64,000 nucleotides of DNA from Actinomycetota bacterium (GTDB lineage: Bacteria; Pseudomonadota; Alphaproteobacteria; Rhodospirillales; Magnetospirillaceae), in NCBI GenBank assembly GCA_050260215.1, contig JBLNBU010000227.1, positions 593 through 64,592 on the forward strand. Direction: 5' to 3'. The notes under the pieces were generated by a model. The model searched no databases. It saw only the letters and a list, made by a program, of their open reading frames with translations, and had not been told where the DNA came from. The translations under genes and the position numbers were made by a program. This document shows, piece after piece, positions 8,835 through 18,800 of this stretch (the stretch's first letter is position 1; the number at the start of each line of letters is the position of its first letter).

Positions 8835-9866
8835 CTAGCGCCCCAGCGGCGTGATGGGAACGGCGCGGCTGCCCTCGGCCATGCTGCGGCAGGCGGCCTC
8901 GATCACGTGGACGACGCGGGCGCCGGAAAAGCCGTCCGAGCGCGGCGTGGCGCCGCTGGCCAGGCAATCCAGGAAGTGGTCGATCTCGGCCAGCAGCGGC
9001 TCGTTGGTCTGGACCACCGGCACGGTGACGCCGCTGTCGAACACCATGGTCTTGTGCTCGAGGAACGAGCCGGTCAGGCTTTCCAGCGGCGGCAGGCCGA
9101 CGCGCTTGTCGAACAGGCGGATGGGCTGGCGCATGTCCAGGTCGTCCCACACCACCATCTTCTTCGAGCCGACCACGGTGATGTTGCGCACCTTGCGCGG
9201 GTTCAGCCAGCTGGCGTGGACGTGGGCGTTGACGCCGCCGTCGAAGGTGAAGGTGCCGAACACCACGTCCTCGACGCCCTTGTTCAGATAGGCGGCGCCG
9301 CGGGCGGTGACCTCGACCGGCTGGGCCTTCATGAAGTCGCACATGATCGACACGTCGTGGGTGGCCAGGTCCCACATGGCGTTGACGTCGGTGCGCACCG
9401 GACCGAGGTTGGTGCGCTCGAAGTGCATGTAGTAGACCTCGCCCAGCTCGCCCGAGTGGATCAGGTCGTGCACGGCGCGGATGGTGGCATTGTATTCGAA
9501 CACGTGGCCGACCATCAGGATCAGCTTCTTTTCGGCCGCCAGCCGCGACAGGGCCAGGGCCTCGTCGGCGAAGATGGTGATGGGCTTCTCGACCAGCACG
9601 TGCTTGCCGGCCTCGAGCGCCTGGCGCACCAGCACGTAGTGGCTGGTGGTCGGCGTGGCGATGAACACCGCGTCCACCGACGGGTCGGCGAACACCTCGG
9701 CCGCGCTGGTGGTGGTGCCGGCATGGGGATAGCGCTTGGCCAGCGCCGCCATGTTCTCGGGCCTGGCGTCGCACAGCCACTTCAGGCGGCCCTTGCCGGT
9801 GCGCTCGAGCGAATTGGCCATGTTGGGGCCCCAATAGCCCGTGCCGACCATGCCGATCTGGAACAT
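8835..9866 (-). CDS. Gfo/Idh/MocA oxidoreductase, WbpB-like (UDP-sugar 3-dehydrogenase type)
   Basis: 343 aa. Motifs IGMVGTGYWG and HVLVEKP. Sits between a DegT aminotransferase and a hexapeptide acetyltransferase. Confidence 0.85.
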   Translation of the reverse strand: MFQIGMVGTGYWGPNMANSLERTGKGRLKWLCDARPENMAALAKRYPHAGTTTSAAEVFADPSVDAVFIATPTTSHYVLVRQALEAGKHVLVEKPITIFADEALALSRLAAEKKLILMVGHVFEYNATIRAVHDLIHSGELGEVYYMHFERTNLGPVRTDVNAMWDLATHDVSIMCDFMKAQPVEVTARGAAYLNKGVEDVVFGTFTFDGGVNAHVHASWLNPRKVRNITVVGSKKMVVWDDLDMRQPIRLFDKRVGLPPLESLTGSFLEHKTMVFDSGVTVPVVQTNEPLLAEIDHFLDCLASGATPRSDGFSGARVVHVIEAACRSMAEGSRAVPITPLGR

Positions 9867-9890
9867 GCCCCGCTCCCCTTTACCAGTGTC

Positions 9891-11003
9891 TCAGACAGCC
9901 GCCTTCAGCGCCGCGGCGCAGCGTTCCACGTCCGCCTCGGCCAGCTCGGCGAACATGGGCAGGCTCAGGCAGCGCCGTCCCCAGTCCTCGGCCACCGGGA
10001 AGTCGCCGGGCTTGTAGCCCAGCCAGGCGTACGCCTTCAGCTCGTGCACCGCGAACGGATAATGGATGCCGGCGCCGATGCCCTGGTCGTTCAGCGCCTT
10101 GAGTACCCGGTCGCGCTCGGCGACGCGCACCACGTACAGGTGATAGATGCCGCCCGCGTCATAGCGGGTCATGTCGATGCCCGGGGTGCCGGCCAGCAGG
10201 CGGTCATAGGCGGCGGCGTGGCGGCGGCGCGCCTCGTTCCAGCCGTCCAGGCGGGCCAGCTTCACCCGCAAGATGGCGGCCTGCATGGTGTCCAGGCGCG
10301 AATTCAGGCCCACCTCGTCGTGGCGGTACTTGATCTTCGAACCCCAGTTGCGCAGCAGCACCAGCCGCTCGGCCACGTCGTCGCGGGTGGTGGTGACCAG
10401 GCCGCCGTCGCCATAGGCGCCCAGGTTCTTGCCCGGATAGAAGCTGAAGCAGCCGGCGTCGCCCAGCGACCCGGCGCGCTTGCCCTTGTAATAGGCGCCG
10501 TGGGCCTGGGCGGCGTCCTCGATCACCAGCAGCTTGTGCTTGGCGGCGATGGCGCGCACAGCGTCCATGTCGGCGCACTGGCCGTACAGGTGCACCGGCA
10601 GGATGGCCTTGGTCTTGGGCGTGATCGCCGCCTCGATCTTGGCCGGGTCGATCAGCGCGTCCTCGGGGCGCACGTCGACCAGCACCGGGCGGCCGCCGGC
10701 CTGGCTGATGCCCAGCGCGGTGGCGACGAAGGTCATCGCCGGCATGATCACCTCGTCGCCGTCGCCGATGCCCAGCGCCCGGCAGGCCAGGTGCAGCGCG
10801 TCAGTGCCGCTGGCGACGCCCAGCGCGTGGGGCACCTGGGAAAAGGCGGCGAATTCCTTTTCGAACTCGGCCAGGTCCGAGCCCAGCACGAAATCACAGC
10901 GGTCGAGCACCCGGCCCATCGCGGCTTCGACTTCAGCCCGGATGGAGTCCCGCTGGGCCTTGAGGTCGACCAGGGGAATATTGGTGCGCGCCGGTGCATT
11001 CAT
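9891..11003 (-). CDS. DegT/DnrJ/EryC1/StrS PLP-dependent sugar aminotransferase, WbpE-like
   Basis: 370 aa. Motifs [17 protein letters not shown], and [16 protein letters not shown] with the Schiff-base Lys. Confidence 0.9.
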   Translation of the reverse strand: MNAPARTNIPLVDLKAQRDSIRAEVEAAMGRVLDRCDFVLGSDLAEFEKEFAAFSQVPHALGVASGTDALHLACRALGIGDGDEVIMPAMTFVATALGISQAGGRPVLVDVRPEDALIDPAKIEAAITPKTKAILPVHLYGQCADMDAVRAIAAKHKLLVIEDAAQAHGAYYKGKRAGSLGDAGCFSFYPGKNLGAYGDGGLVTTTRDDVAERLVLLRNWGSKIKYRHDEVGLNSRLDTMQAAILRVKLARLDGWNEARRRHAAAYDRLLAGTPGIDMTRYDAGGIYHLYVVRVAERDRVLKALNDQGIGAGIHYPFAVHELKAYAWLGYKPGDFPVAEDWGRRCLSLPMFAELAEADVERCAAALKAAV

Positions 11004-11092
11004 GGATTTTCACCCGAAAATGGGGATGTCTTGCTGACCTTTTTTGTCCGCGCGACTGGTATAGCGGGCCAAAGGAAGGGGAACAAGAAGTT

Positions 11093-13012
11093 TCAGTGCC
11101 CGGCTTCGGCCGCTTTCAGCCGCGCCAGGATGGCGCCGGCATCGAAGACCACGGTGGTCGAATCGCGGGCCAGGACGGGAAGTTCGGACTGCCATCGGGC
11201 GAAGTGGCGACCATAGCGGTCGTCGGCCAGCGACATGGCCAGCTGTTGCGGCCGGCCGGCTTCGTTGACCCGGTTCTCGGAGGACAACTGCACCACCACG
11301 TAGCGGATGCGGTAGTCCTCGATCATGCGCGCCAGGTCGCGGGCCTCGATGGGGGGCAGCGGCTTGCCCTCGATGGCGAAGCGGCGCTCCTCGTCGAACA
11401 TGAACACCGCCTTGGCCGGCGGACAGTAGTAGAAGTGCGGCGCCATCATGGAAAGGTAGCGGTCGTCGGGGCCCAGATGCTCGGCGACCCAGGTACACGG
11501 CGTATAATGGGCGCCGCCCATGGTCGGCGTGCGGTTGTGGTAGTCCTCGGCCGACATCAGGCCCAGGGCGGACGGCAGGCGGATGGCGGCGTAGACGCCG
11601 ACGAACATGGCCTGGTTGGCGGCAAGGATCCCCGCCACCAGCAGGAAGCCTGCGGCCGCCGCGACCTGGCCTTGCACCCGCCGCCAGGCCTCCATGGCAC
11701 CCAGGCCGGCCAGGGCCGCCATCACCGGAAACACCGGCATCAGGAAGCGCACCTGCTGGGACAACAGGTAGAACCACTCGACGTAATAGACGGCGAGCAG
11801 GCCCAGGGCGGGCAGCGGATTGCGCATGCCGGCCCGCGCCAGGAAGGCCAGTGGCATCAGCGCCAGCAGGTAGGGCGCGCCCATGACCATGCCGTCGAAA
11901 TGCAGCGTCGGTGCGATGAACATCGACCACGGCGTGGTCACCAGGTCGACCAGGCCGCGGCCGGTGCCGCCCTCGTCGGCGAAATTGAGGATGTTGGGGC
12001 CGCCGGTGATCAGCGGATTGAACAGCGGAAAGACCGGATTGCCGGTGAACTGCCAGTCGCGAACCATATGCGGCACGGTCAGCACCATCGCCACCGCGGG
12101 GCCGGCCAGCAGCTGGCCGAACGGACGGCGGCGCACCGCCAGGTCCCACAGGATGGCGGGGGCGAAGCCGACCGCCAGCGGGAAGCCGTGGTACTTGGTG
12201 TTGATCGCCCCGGCGATGCCCAGGCCGAACAGCAGCGCCGGGCCCAGTCCGCCCTTGTCGCGCCACGCCATGTAGGCGACCACCGCGGCGGCGGCGTACG
12301 AGGCCAGCGCCACGTCGACCTCGCAGGTGGCCATTTCCCACACCACGGCGCGCACGGCGACGAACATCAGCGCCGCCAGCACCTGGGCGTGGCGACCGCC
12401 GCCCCAGCGCCTGGCCAGCCCGGCGGCGAACACGGCGGCCGAGATGCCGAACAGCCCGTGCAGCATCTGCACCGACTTCTCGCCGCCCAGCACCAGGCCG
12501 AAGCGGAACAGGTCCTCAGCCAGGGACGGATAGAAGGGATAGACCGTCCACTCCCAGCCCGGGGTCATGCGGCCGAGCTCGACGTCGCGGCGCGGCAGCG
12601 ACAGGTGGTACATCAGGCTGTCGTAGTCGTTGGGCGGGGCCATGCCCTGCAGCAGCACCGCCGCCACCGAGCCCGCCAGCGCCAGCCACATCAGCGCCAG
12701 CATCGGGTCGGCGCGCAGGCTGCCGAGCCCTCCCAGCCCGCCCCGCCAGCGCCGCCACGGCATGCCGGCCAGTCCCGGCAGCGCCAGCACGGCCATCGCC
12801 AGGGCCAGCCCGCCCATGCTGACGCCGTCCAGCCGCCACGGGCCGACGAAGAACACGCCGAAATGCACCGCCAGGGCGCCGATGCCAAACGCGGTGGCAA
12901 GCCGCTCGGCCTCGGACAGGGCGCCGTTGCGGTCCAGGCGGACGGTCGGCCACCAGCCCAGGCCGGTGGCGAACAGGGCGAAGGCGGCGGTAAAGAGCAG
13001 GGCGACGATCAT
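11093..13012 (-). CDS. Integral-membrane glycosyltransferase, GT-C fold (ArnT/PMT-like)
   Basis: 639 aa. Multiple hydrophobic spans, first-loop motif PPNDYDSLMYH, and a soluble C-terminal domain. ATG 13012 directly abuts the stop of the upstream GT2. Confidence 0.7.
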   Translation of the reverse strand: MIVALLFTAAFALFATGLGWWPTVRLDRNGALSEAERLATAFGIGALAVHFGVFFVGPWRLDGVSMGGLALAMAVLALPGLAGMPWRRWRGGLGGLGSLRADPMLALMWLALAGSVAAVLLQGMAPPNDYDSLMYHLSLPRRDVELGRMTPGWEWTVYPFYPSLAEDLFRFGLVLGGEKSVQMLHGLFGISAAVFAAGLARRWGGGRHAQVLAALMFVAVRAVVWEMATCEVDVALASYAAAAVVAYMAWRDKGGLGPALLFGLGIAGAINTKYHGFPLAVGFAPAILWDLAVRRRPFGQLLAGPAVAMVLTVPHMVRDWQFTGNPVFPLFNPLITGGPNILNFADEGGTGRGLVDLVTTPWSMFIAPTLHFDGMVMGAPYLLALMPLAFLARAGMRNPLPALGLLAVYYVEWFYLLSQQVRFLMPVFPVMAALAGLGAMEAWRRVQGQVAAAAGFLLVAGILAANQAMFVGVYAAIRLPSALGLMSAEDYHNRTPTMGGAHYTPCTWVAEHLGPDDRYLSMMAPHFYYCPPAKAVFMFDEERRFAIEGKPLPPIEARDLARMIEDYRIRYVVVQLSSENRVNEAGRPQQLAMSLADDRYGRHFARWQSELPVLARDSTTVVFDAGAILARLKAAEAGH

Positions 13013-13996
13013 TCAACCCCCGAACAGGAACCGGCCGAACGCGCCCAGCTTCTCGGCGTAATACGGCGCATTGGTGGCGTAGTAGGCGCCGATGACCGCC
13101 GTCATCCACGCCAATATGGCCAACCGGGTCATCCGCTCGCCTCCTGCCAGGGTCGTCGCCGCCGCCACCACCCACGGCGTGCGCAGCAGCTCGAAGGCCG
13201 CCCGCACCGGGTTGCCGCGCCCGCGCCAGGCGGCGAAGGCTTCGTACTGCACGATCAGCGCCCGTGTCCACAGCACCGGCAGGACCGGGCCGCGGCCCTC
13301 GAGCGCGTGGGCGTTGCGCTGCATCACCGCCAGCTCGCACGCACGCCGGCGCGCCACGTTGCCGGTGATGCCGGCCGGGGTCGGATAATAGCGCATCAGC
13401 GCGCCCCTGAAGGTCAGGAAGCGCCCGCGGGCCGCCAGCCGCAGCCACAGGTCGTGGTCTTGGGCGGCGCGCAAGCCGGGCTCGAACCCGCCCGCCGCCA
13501 GCACCGCCGCCCGGCGCGCCACCACGGTTGAGGTGCCGACGAAGCCGCGCTTGAACAGGGCGACGAAGGGATCGCCGTGGAAATGGCGGACGGTGTCGCG
13601 GATCGTTTCGGTTCCGTGTTCATCCACCGCCAGCACGTCGTGGGAGACGAAATCCAGGCCGGGGTCGGCGGCGAACTTTTCCAGGCTGCGTTCCAGCTTT
13701 TCCGGCATCCAGGCGTCGTCGGCGTCGAGGAAGGCGACGAACGTGCCGCGGGCCAGGGCCAGCGCCCGGTTGCGCGCCGCGCCCGCCCCGGCGTTGTCCT
13801 GGCGCACCACCACCAGCCCGATCGCGCCCATGGCCGGCCGGCAGGCCTCGGCGGCGGCAAAGGTGTCGTCGTCCGAGCCGTCGTCGACCACGATGGCTTC
13901 CAGCGGCGGCACCGTCTGGGCGGCGACGCTGGCCAGCGCCCGGGCGATGGTGCCGCCCGCCCGCCAGGCGGGGATGATGACCGACACCTCAGTCAT
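13013..13996 (-). CDS. Glycosyltransferase family 2 with C-terminal membrane segment
   Basis: 327 aa. Motifs VIIPAWRAG, IVVDDGSDDDT and FLDADDAW (DxD). Hydrophobic C-terminus LAILAWMTAVIGAYY. Confidence 0.8.
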   Translation of the reverse strand: MTEVSVIIPAWRAGGTIARALASVAAQTVPPLEAIVVDDGSDDDTFAAAEACRPAMGAIGLVVVRQDNAGAGAARNRALALARGTFVAFLDADDAWMPEKLERSLEKFAADPGLDFVSHDVLAVDEHGTETIRDTVRHFHGDPFVALFKRGFVGTSTVVARRAAVLAAGGFEPGLRAAQDHDLWLRLAARGRFLTFRGALMRYYPTPAGITGNVARRRACELAVMQRNAHALEGRGPVLPVLWTRALIVQYEAFAAWRGRGNPVRAAFELLRTPWVVAAATTLAGGERMTRLAILAWMTAVIGAYYATNAPYYAEKLGAFGRFLFGG

Positions 13997-15863
13997 CGAC
14001 GAAGGCCTCCAGGCCCTCGGACGGCGGTTCGCGCAACGATCGGCCGCCGTGCATGCGGATGGTCAGTTCCAGCATGGACAGCGCATAGATGCGGTGGGCG
14101 TGGCGGGCGGGGTCGGCGAACAGCGCCTCGATGCCGGCCTTGGTCCACCATTCCCGCCGGAGCGCGCGGCGGCTGGTCAGCAAATGGCGCAAGGGCTTGG
14201 CCAGCCCGCCGGCCAGCCAGGCTGTCACCGGCGAGGCGAAGCCCTGCTTGGGCGCATCCAGGATCTCGGGCGGCAGGAAGGGGGCGGCCATGGCCCGCTC
14301 CAGGGCCTTCTGGCGGCCGCCATGGGTCCTGACCGCGTGGGGCACCGCCAGCGCCGCCTCGACCAGCCGGTGGTCCAGGAACGGCACCCGGCCCTCGACC
14401 GAGGCGGCCATGCTGGTGCGGTCCAGCAGGGTCAGCAGGTCCTCGGGCAGGTAGGTGTTGATCTCGGCATACAGCGCCGCCGTGTCGGCCTCGCCCTGCC
14501 ACTCGGCGAAGTATGCGGCCTGGGCCGGCGGCGGTACCGGCATGGGGTTGCCGATCAGGGCGCGCACGGGGGCGGGGAAGAAAGTGGAATGGTCGTGCAG
14601 GTAGCCGCCGCGGTCGCCCGCCCATTTCTCGGCCCGTGCCAGCCGCCAGGCGGTCATCGGCTCGGCCAGCCTTTTCGCCAGCGCGCGCGCCGGCTTCGGC
14701 AGCATCAGGAAGCGGCGCTCGACCGCCAGCTGGAAATAGCGGCCATAGCCGGCGAACAGCTCGTCGCCGCCGGTGCCGTTCAATGCCACCCGCAGCTCGG
14801 CGCCCAGCACCCGCTCGATCAGCTGGTTGGGCAGCAGGCTGGCGTCCGACAGGGGTTCGTCGCAGAACCAGGCCAGCTTGGGCAGTTCGGCGGCGATGTC
14901 GGTCATGGACAGGTCGAACACGGTGTGGCGGGTGCCATAGCGGTCGGCCACCAGGGCGGCCAGCGGGCTTTCGTCGACGGCGGCGCCCTCGAAGCGCACG
15001 GTGTAGGTATTGAGCGGCCGGTCCAGCCGCCGGGCGGCCAGGGCCACCAGCAGCCCCGAATCGATGCCTCCCGACAACAGCGCGCCCAAGGGCACGTCCG
15101 AGCGCAGCTGCAGCCCGACCGCGTCGTCCAGCAGGCCGGTCAGGTAGTCGCGCGCACCGATCGGGTCGGTGGGCACGCCGCTGGCCGGCCGCGCCCGCCA
15201 GTAGCGGCGCTCGGCGATCGTTCCGTCTGCGGAAATTTCCACCAGCCCGCCCGGCGGCACCTTGCGCACCCCCTGCCACAGGGTGGCAGGGGCGGGGACG
15301 TAGCCGTGGGCCAGCCAGGAGGCGACCGCCGTCTCGTCCACCTGGGGCGCCACCAGGCCCGAGGCGAACAGCGCCTTGATCTCGGAGGCAAAGACGATGC
15401 CGCCGCCGAAGGCGTGCGCCCAGTACAACGGCTTGATGCCCATGCGGTCGCGCACCAGCAGAAGCGAGTGGGCGTCCCGGTCGTAAAGGGCCAGCCCGTA
15501 CATGCCGTTGAGCCGGTCGACGAAGCCGGTGCCGCCCTTGGCCGACAGCGCCAGCACCGTCTCCATGTCGCCCCTGGTGCGATAGGGGTAGTCGGCGGCT
15601 TCAGCGCGCAGTTCCAGGTAGTTGTAGATCTCGCCGTTGCCCATCAGCACGCGGGCGCCGCCGTTCTCGACCAGCGGCTGGTCGCCGGTGGCCAGGTCGA
15701 TGATGGCCAGGCGGGCGAAGCCGCACTGGTAGCGACCGTCAGGCGCCCGCCAGCGCCCCACCCCGTCGGGGCCGCGGTGGCGCATCACCGCCAGCATGGC
15801 GCCGATGTCGGCCTCGACGGGCGGGGCCCCCTTGGGCAGGAACAAACCGGCCAGGCCGCACAT
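13989..15863 (-). CDS. Asparagine synthase (glutamine-hydrolysing) family amidotransferase
   Basis: 624 aa. MCGLAGLF N-terminus, GEIYNY, and the PP-loop motif LLSGGIDS. Confidence 0.9.
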   Translation of the reverse strand: MCGLAGLFLPKGAPPVEADIGAMLAVMRHRGPDGVGRWRAPDGRYQCGFARLAIIDLATGDQPLVENGGARVLMGNGEIYNYLELRAEAADYPYRTRGDMETVLALSAKGGTGFVDRLNGMYGLALYDRDAHSLLLVRDRMGIKPLYWAHAFGGGIVFASEIKALFASGLVAPQVDETAVASWLAHGYVPAPATLWQGVRKVPPGGLVEISADGTIAERRYWRARPASGVPTDPIGARDYLTGLLDDAVGLQLRSDVPLGALLSGGIDSGLLVALAARRLDRPLNTYTVRFEGAAVDESPLAALVADRYGTRHTVFDLSMTDIAAELPKLAWFCDEPLSDASLLPNQLIERVLGAELRVALNGTGGDELFAGYGRYFQLAVERRFLMLPKPARALAKRLAEPMTAWRLARAEKWAGDRGGYLHDHSTFFPAPVRALIGNPMPVPPPAQAAYFAEWQGEADTAALYAEINTYLPEDLLTLLDRTSMAASVEGRVPFLDHRLVEAALAVPHAVRTHGGRQKALERAMAAPFLPPEILDAPKQGFASPVTAWLAGGLAKPLRHLLTSRRALRREWWTKAGIEALFADPARHAHRIYALSMLELTIRMHGGRSLREPPSEGLEAFVDD

Positions 15864-15869
15864 GCGCTT

Positions 15870-18800
15870 TCAGGCCTCCTCGACGACGGTTTCGCCGCGC
15901 CACGGTACCGCCGCGGCCAGCAGGTAGGAAACGGAGGTTGCCGGCCCGCCCTCGCCATAGGCGGTCCAGCGCACCAGCGGCCGCAGGGTGGGCGCGCCCT
16001 CTGCCCGCACCCGCAGCCTTCCCGCAGGGGTTTCCACCAAGACGGCGCCGTTGTCCAGCGCCACCGGCCACGGCGTCACCAGCCGGCGGGTCACGATGTG
16101 CTGGTAGGGGTGGCCGTCCAGCGCGTCGGCGATGACCAGGCCGCGGTCACCGAAGCGCCAGTCGCGCTCGGCCCGGTGCACCCGCTGGGCGGCGAAGCCG
16201 TGGTGGACCAGCACCACGCCGTCGGGCTTGGCGGCCAGCACCGGCGGCGCCCCGCCGATACGAGCGCGGAACGAATCGTCGTAGTAGGGCCGGTTGGGCG
16301 GGGTGGGGTCGGCGCCGTCCACCTGCAGCAGGCCGTGGACGGCCGCCGAGCGGTACAGTGCCGCCTGTCCGTCCTCGCCATAGGCGCCGCGGCCCGGGTC
16401 GACGAACACCGGCACGCCGCGCCAGTGCAGCTCGCACGATCCCAGGTCGTGGTGGCCGTGGCCGGGCATCGGCGGCCAGCCTTCTGGGCTGGCGTACCAC
16501 AGCCCCGCCCAGTCGCCGCCTTCCCAGCGCAGCCAGCCGTCGTCGCCGGCGGGCGCCGCGGCGCCGTCGCGCAAGGCCGCCAGCAGGGCGCGTTCGTCGT
16601 CGTCCAGCAGCCCGCACCAGCCGGCCCCCAGGTCGCCGCCGGGCAGCAGGCCGGCAAGGAACGACGGCGGGCAGTCGGGCGAGACGTCGCCCACCAGGGC
16701 CAGGCCGCCGGGCAGGGCCAGCCGGCGGGCGGCAGCCAGCATGCGCCCGGCCACCTCTTCCAGCGGGCCGGCCTCGGGGCGGCCGTGGCGCCTGGCGGCC
16801 AGCCAGCACTCGACGTAATTGCGGGCCACCAGCAGCTGGTAGTGGCTTGACCCTTCGCGCAGCATGCCGGTGGGCAGGACGATGCGGGCCGCCTCGGCCA
16901 GCAGGATGCTCCCGCCCATGGCCGCCGCCTCGGCCAGTCCCAGCTCGAGGCCCAGCAGATAAAGGCCGCGGCCGTTGTTGGCCAGGTGGTTGCCGGTGTA
17001 GTGCTCGCCGAAATACTCGAGCCTGGCGGCGATGGCCGGCGCGTGGGCGGCCAGCACGGCGCGGGTGTCGGCGTGGTCGCCGGGAAGGCCGTGGCGGCGG
17101 GCGAAGCGCAGCACGTTCACCGCCCGCTCGGCGGCGGTATAGGGGTGCCAGGCCCAGCCGTCGTCGGGGGTGCCGAAGCGCACCCGCCAGCTGGCCCACA
17201 GGGCATCGACGGCGGCCGGTTCCGTCCCGCCCAGCGGCAGCCAGGCGAAGCGATGGGCCGACAATGTCGTTTCGATATCGGAAAAAGCTTCGGCGAACGG
17301 GTCGGTGCCGGTCCACCTTCCGCCGGCCAGGGCCAGGGTGACCCGCGGTGGCTGCACCGCGACGCGCGGCGGCGGCGGCGGCGGCACCGGGGCCAGAGTG
17401 GCGCTGCCGAGATAGGGCGGGCGGTATGGGGTGAACGGTGGCGGCGTCGGCCGGCGGCCCAGGGCGCGGCCGATCAGCCAGCGGCGCAGGGCGGGGTCGT
17501 CGGCCAACTGCCGCAGGCGGCGCGCCAGCGAGGATCGCGCCGGTGCCGCGGCCCGGCCCGGCCGGCCCAGCAGGCCGTGCCACAGGGCCAGGTCGGGCTC
17601 GGCCCACACCGACGACCACGACAGGGGCGCGGCGGGTGCGGCGTTCTGCAGTGCCTGGGCCAGGCCGGCCGCGTCGGCCCCGGCCACCGCCACCCCCGGC
17701 GGCAGGACGTCGACGGCGACCTTGGCGGCGGGCTTGAAGCGGATCACCGGCAGGCCGGCCAGCAGGGCCTCCAGCCCGACCGAGGTCAGGCAGTAGAGCA
17801 CCGCGGCAACCCCCGGCCGCACCCCCAGCGGCCCGTCGGCGCGGGCGATGTTGGCGTCGGTGCCGAAGCTGAACGGAGCCAGCGGGTGGTCGCGCACCAC
17901 GAAGCGCGTTCCGGCCGCGGCCAATGGGCGGATGGCCGCCATCATCTCGGCGGCGATTGCCGCGTCGAAGGGCAGGGCGACGAACACCGGCGCCGCCGGG
18001 TCGTGTGCGACCGCCGAAGCCTGGGCAAAGCGCAGTGCGCCGGCCACTGCCAGGCGCCCGGCCGGACAGCCGTAGTCGGCCAGCCGCTGCCGCCCGGCCG
18101 GGCCCGAGCACAGGATGCGGTCGGGCAGGCTGTCCTCGCCGTCGGGGTTGGAGCCGGGGCCGTAGTTCCACTCGCGCCAGCCGACGGTGGCGTGCTGGTA
18201 TCCCACCGTCTCGGTGCCGACCGCCCGGGCGGCGCGGACGAAATCGCGTTCCCAGGCGTGGTTCTCCCACGGCCAGGCGACCACGGCGGGACGGCAGGCG
18301 GCCAGCCAGCGGCGCTGGCAGTGCATCTGCCAGGCGATCATCGCCGCGGTGCCGGTGGAGCCTTCCAGGGCGCCGGCGCGGCGCACCAGCCAGCCGCCGC
18401 CGTTCGGGCGCCAGCGGCGCATCCACAGGGTAAGTGCCGCCAGGGGCGAGCCGAAGCCGTGCAGCGCCGCGGCGCGGCCGTGGGCGGCCAATTGGGTCGC
18501 GCGCTCGGGCGGACAGTCCACGTGCAGCAGGCGGGCCAGCCGCGGCAGGCCCTTCATCAACTCGCCGAAATAGGCGTCGCCGCCCTCGGGCGTCGAGGTC
18601 GGATGGCCATAGACCAGCAGCGCCGCCTCGCCGGGATTGGCCAAGGCGTGCTGGCCCTTCAGGCGCAGCGCCGCCCACGCCATGCGCAGCGACACCGCCG
18701 CCCGCGCCGCCAGGCCGCGCAGGGCCAGCTTCAGCTCCGGCACCAGCAAGGGCGGCGGCGGTCCGGCCTCGACGCCGGGCAGCCCGGCCAGGTGGCGGAA

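Noticed and set aside
13533-16850. Very long ORF-track entries running antisense to, or out of frame with, the called genes. Examples are 13533-16850 (+, 1105 aa), 8907-11216 (+, 769 aa), 10994-13531 (+, 845 aa), 16986-19226 (+, 746 aa), 35880-37979 (-, 699 aa) and 42119-44119 (-, 666 aa).
   Set aside because: High-GC DNA is depleted in stop codons in non-coding frames. These translations are low-complexity Arg/Ala/Gly/Pro-rich strings with no recognisable motifs. Each is fully overlapped by an ORF on the other strand or frame that carries clear family signatures.
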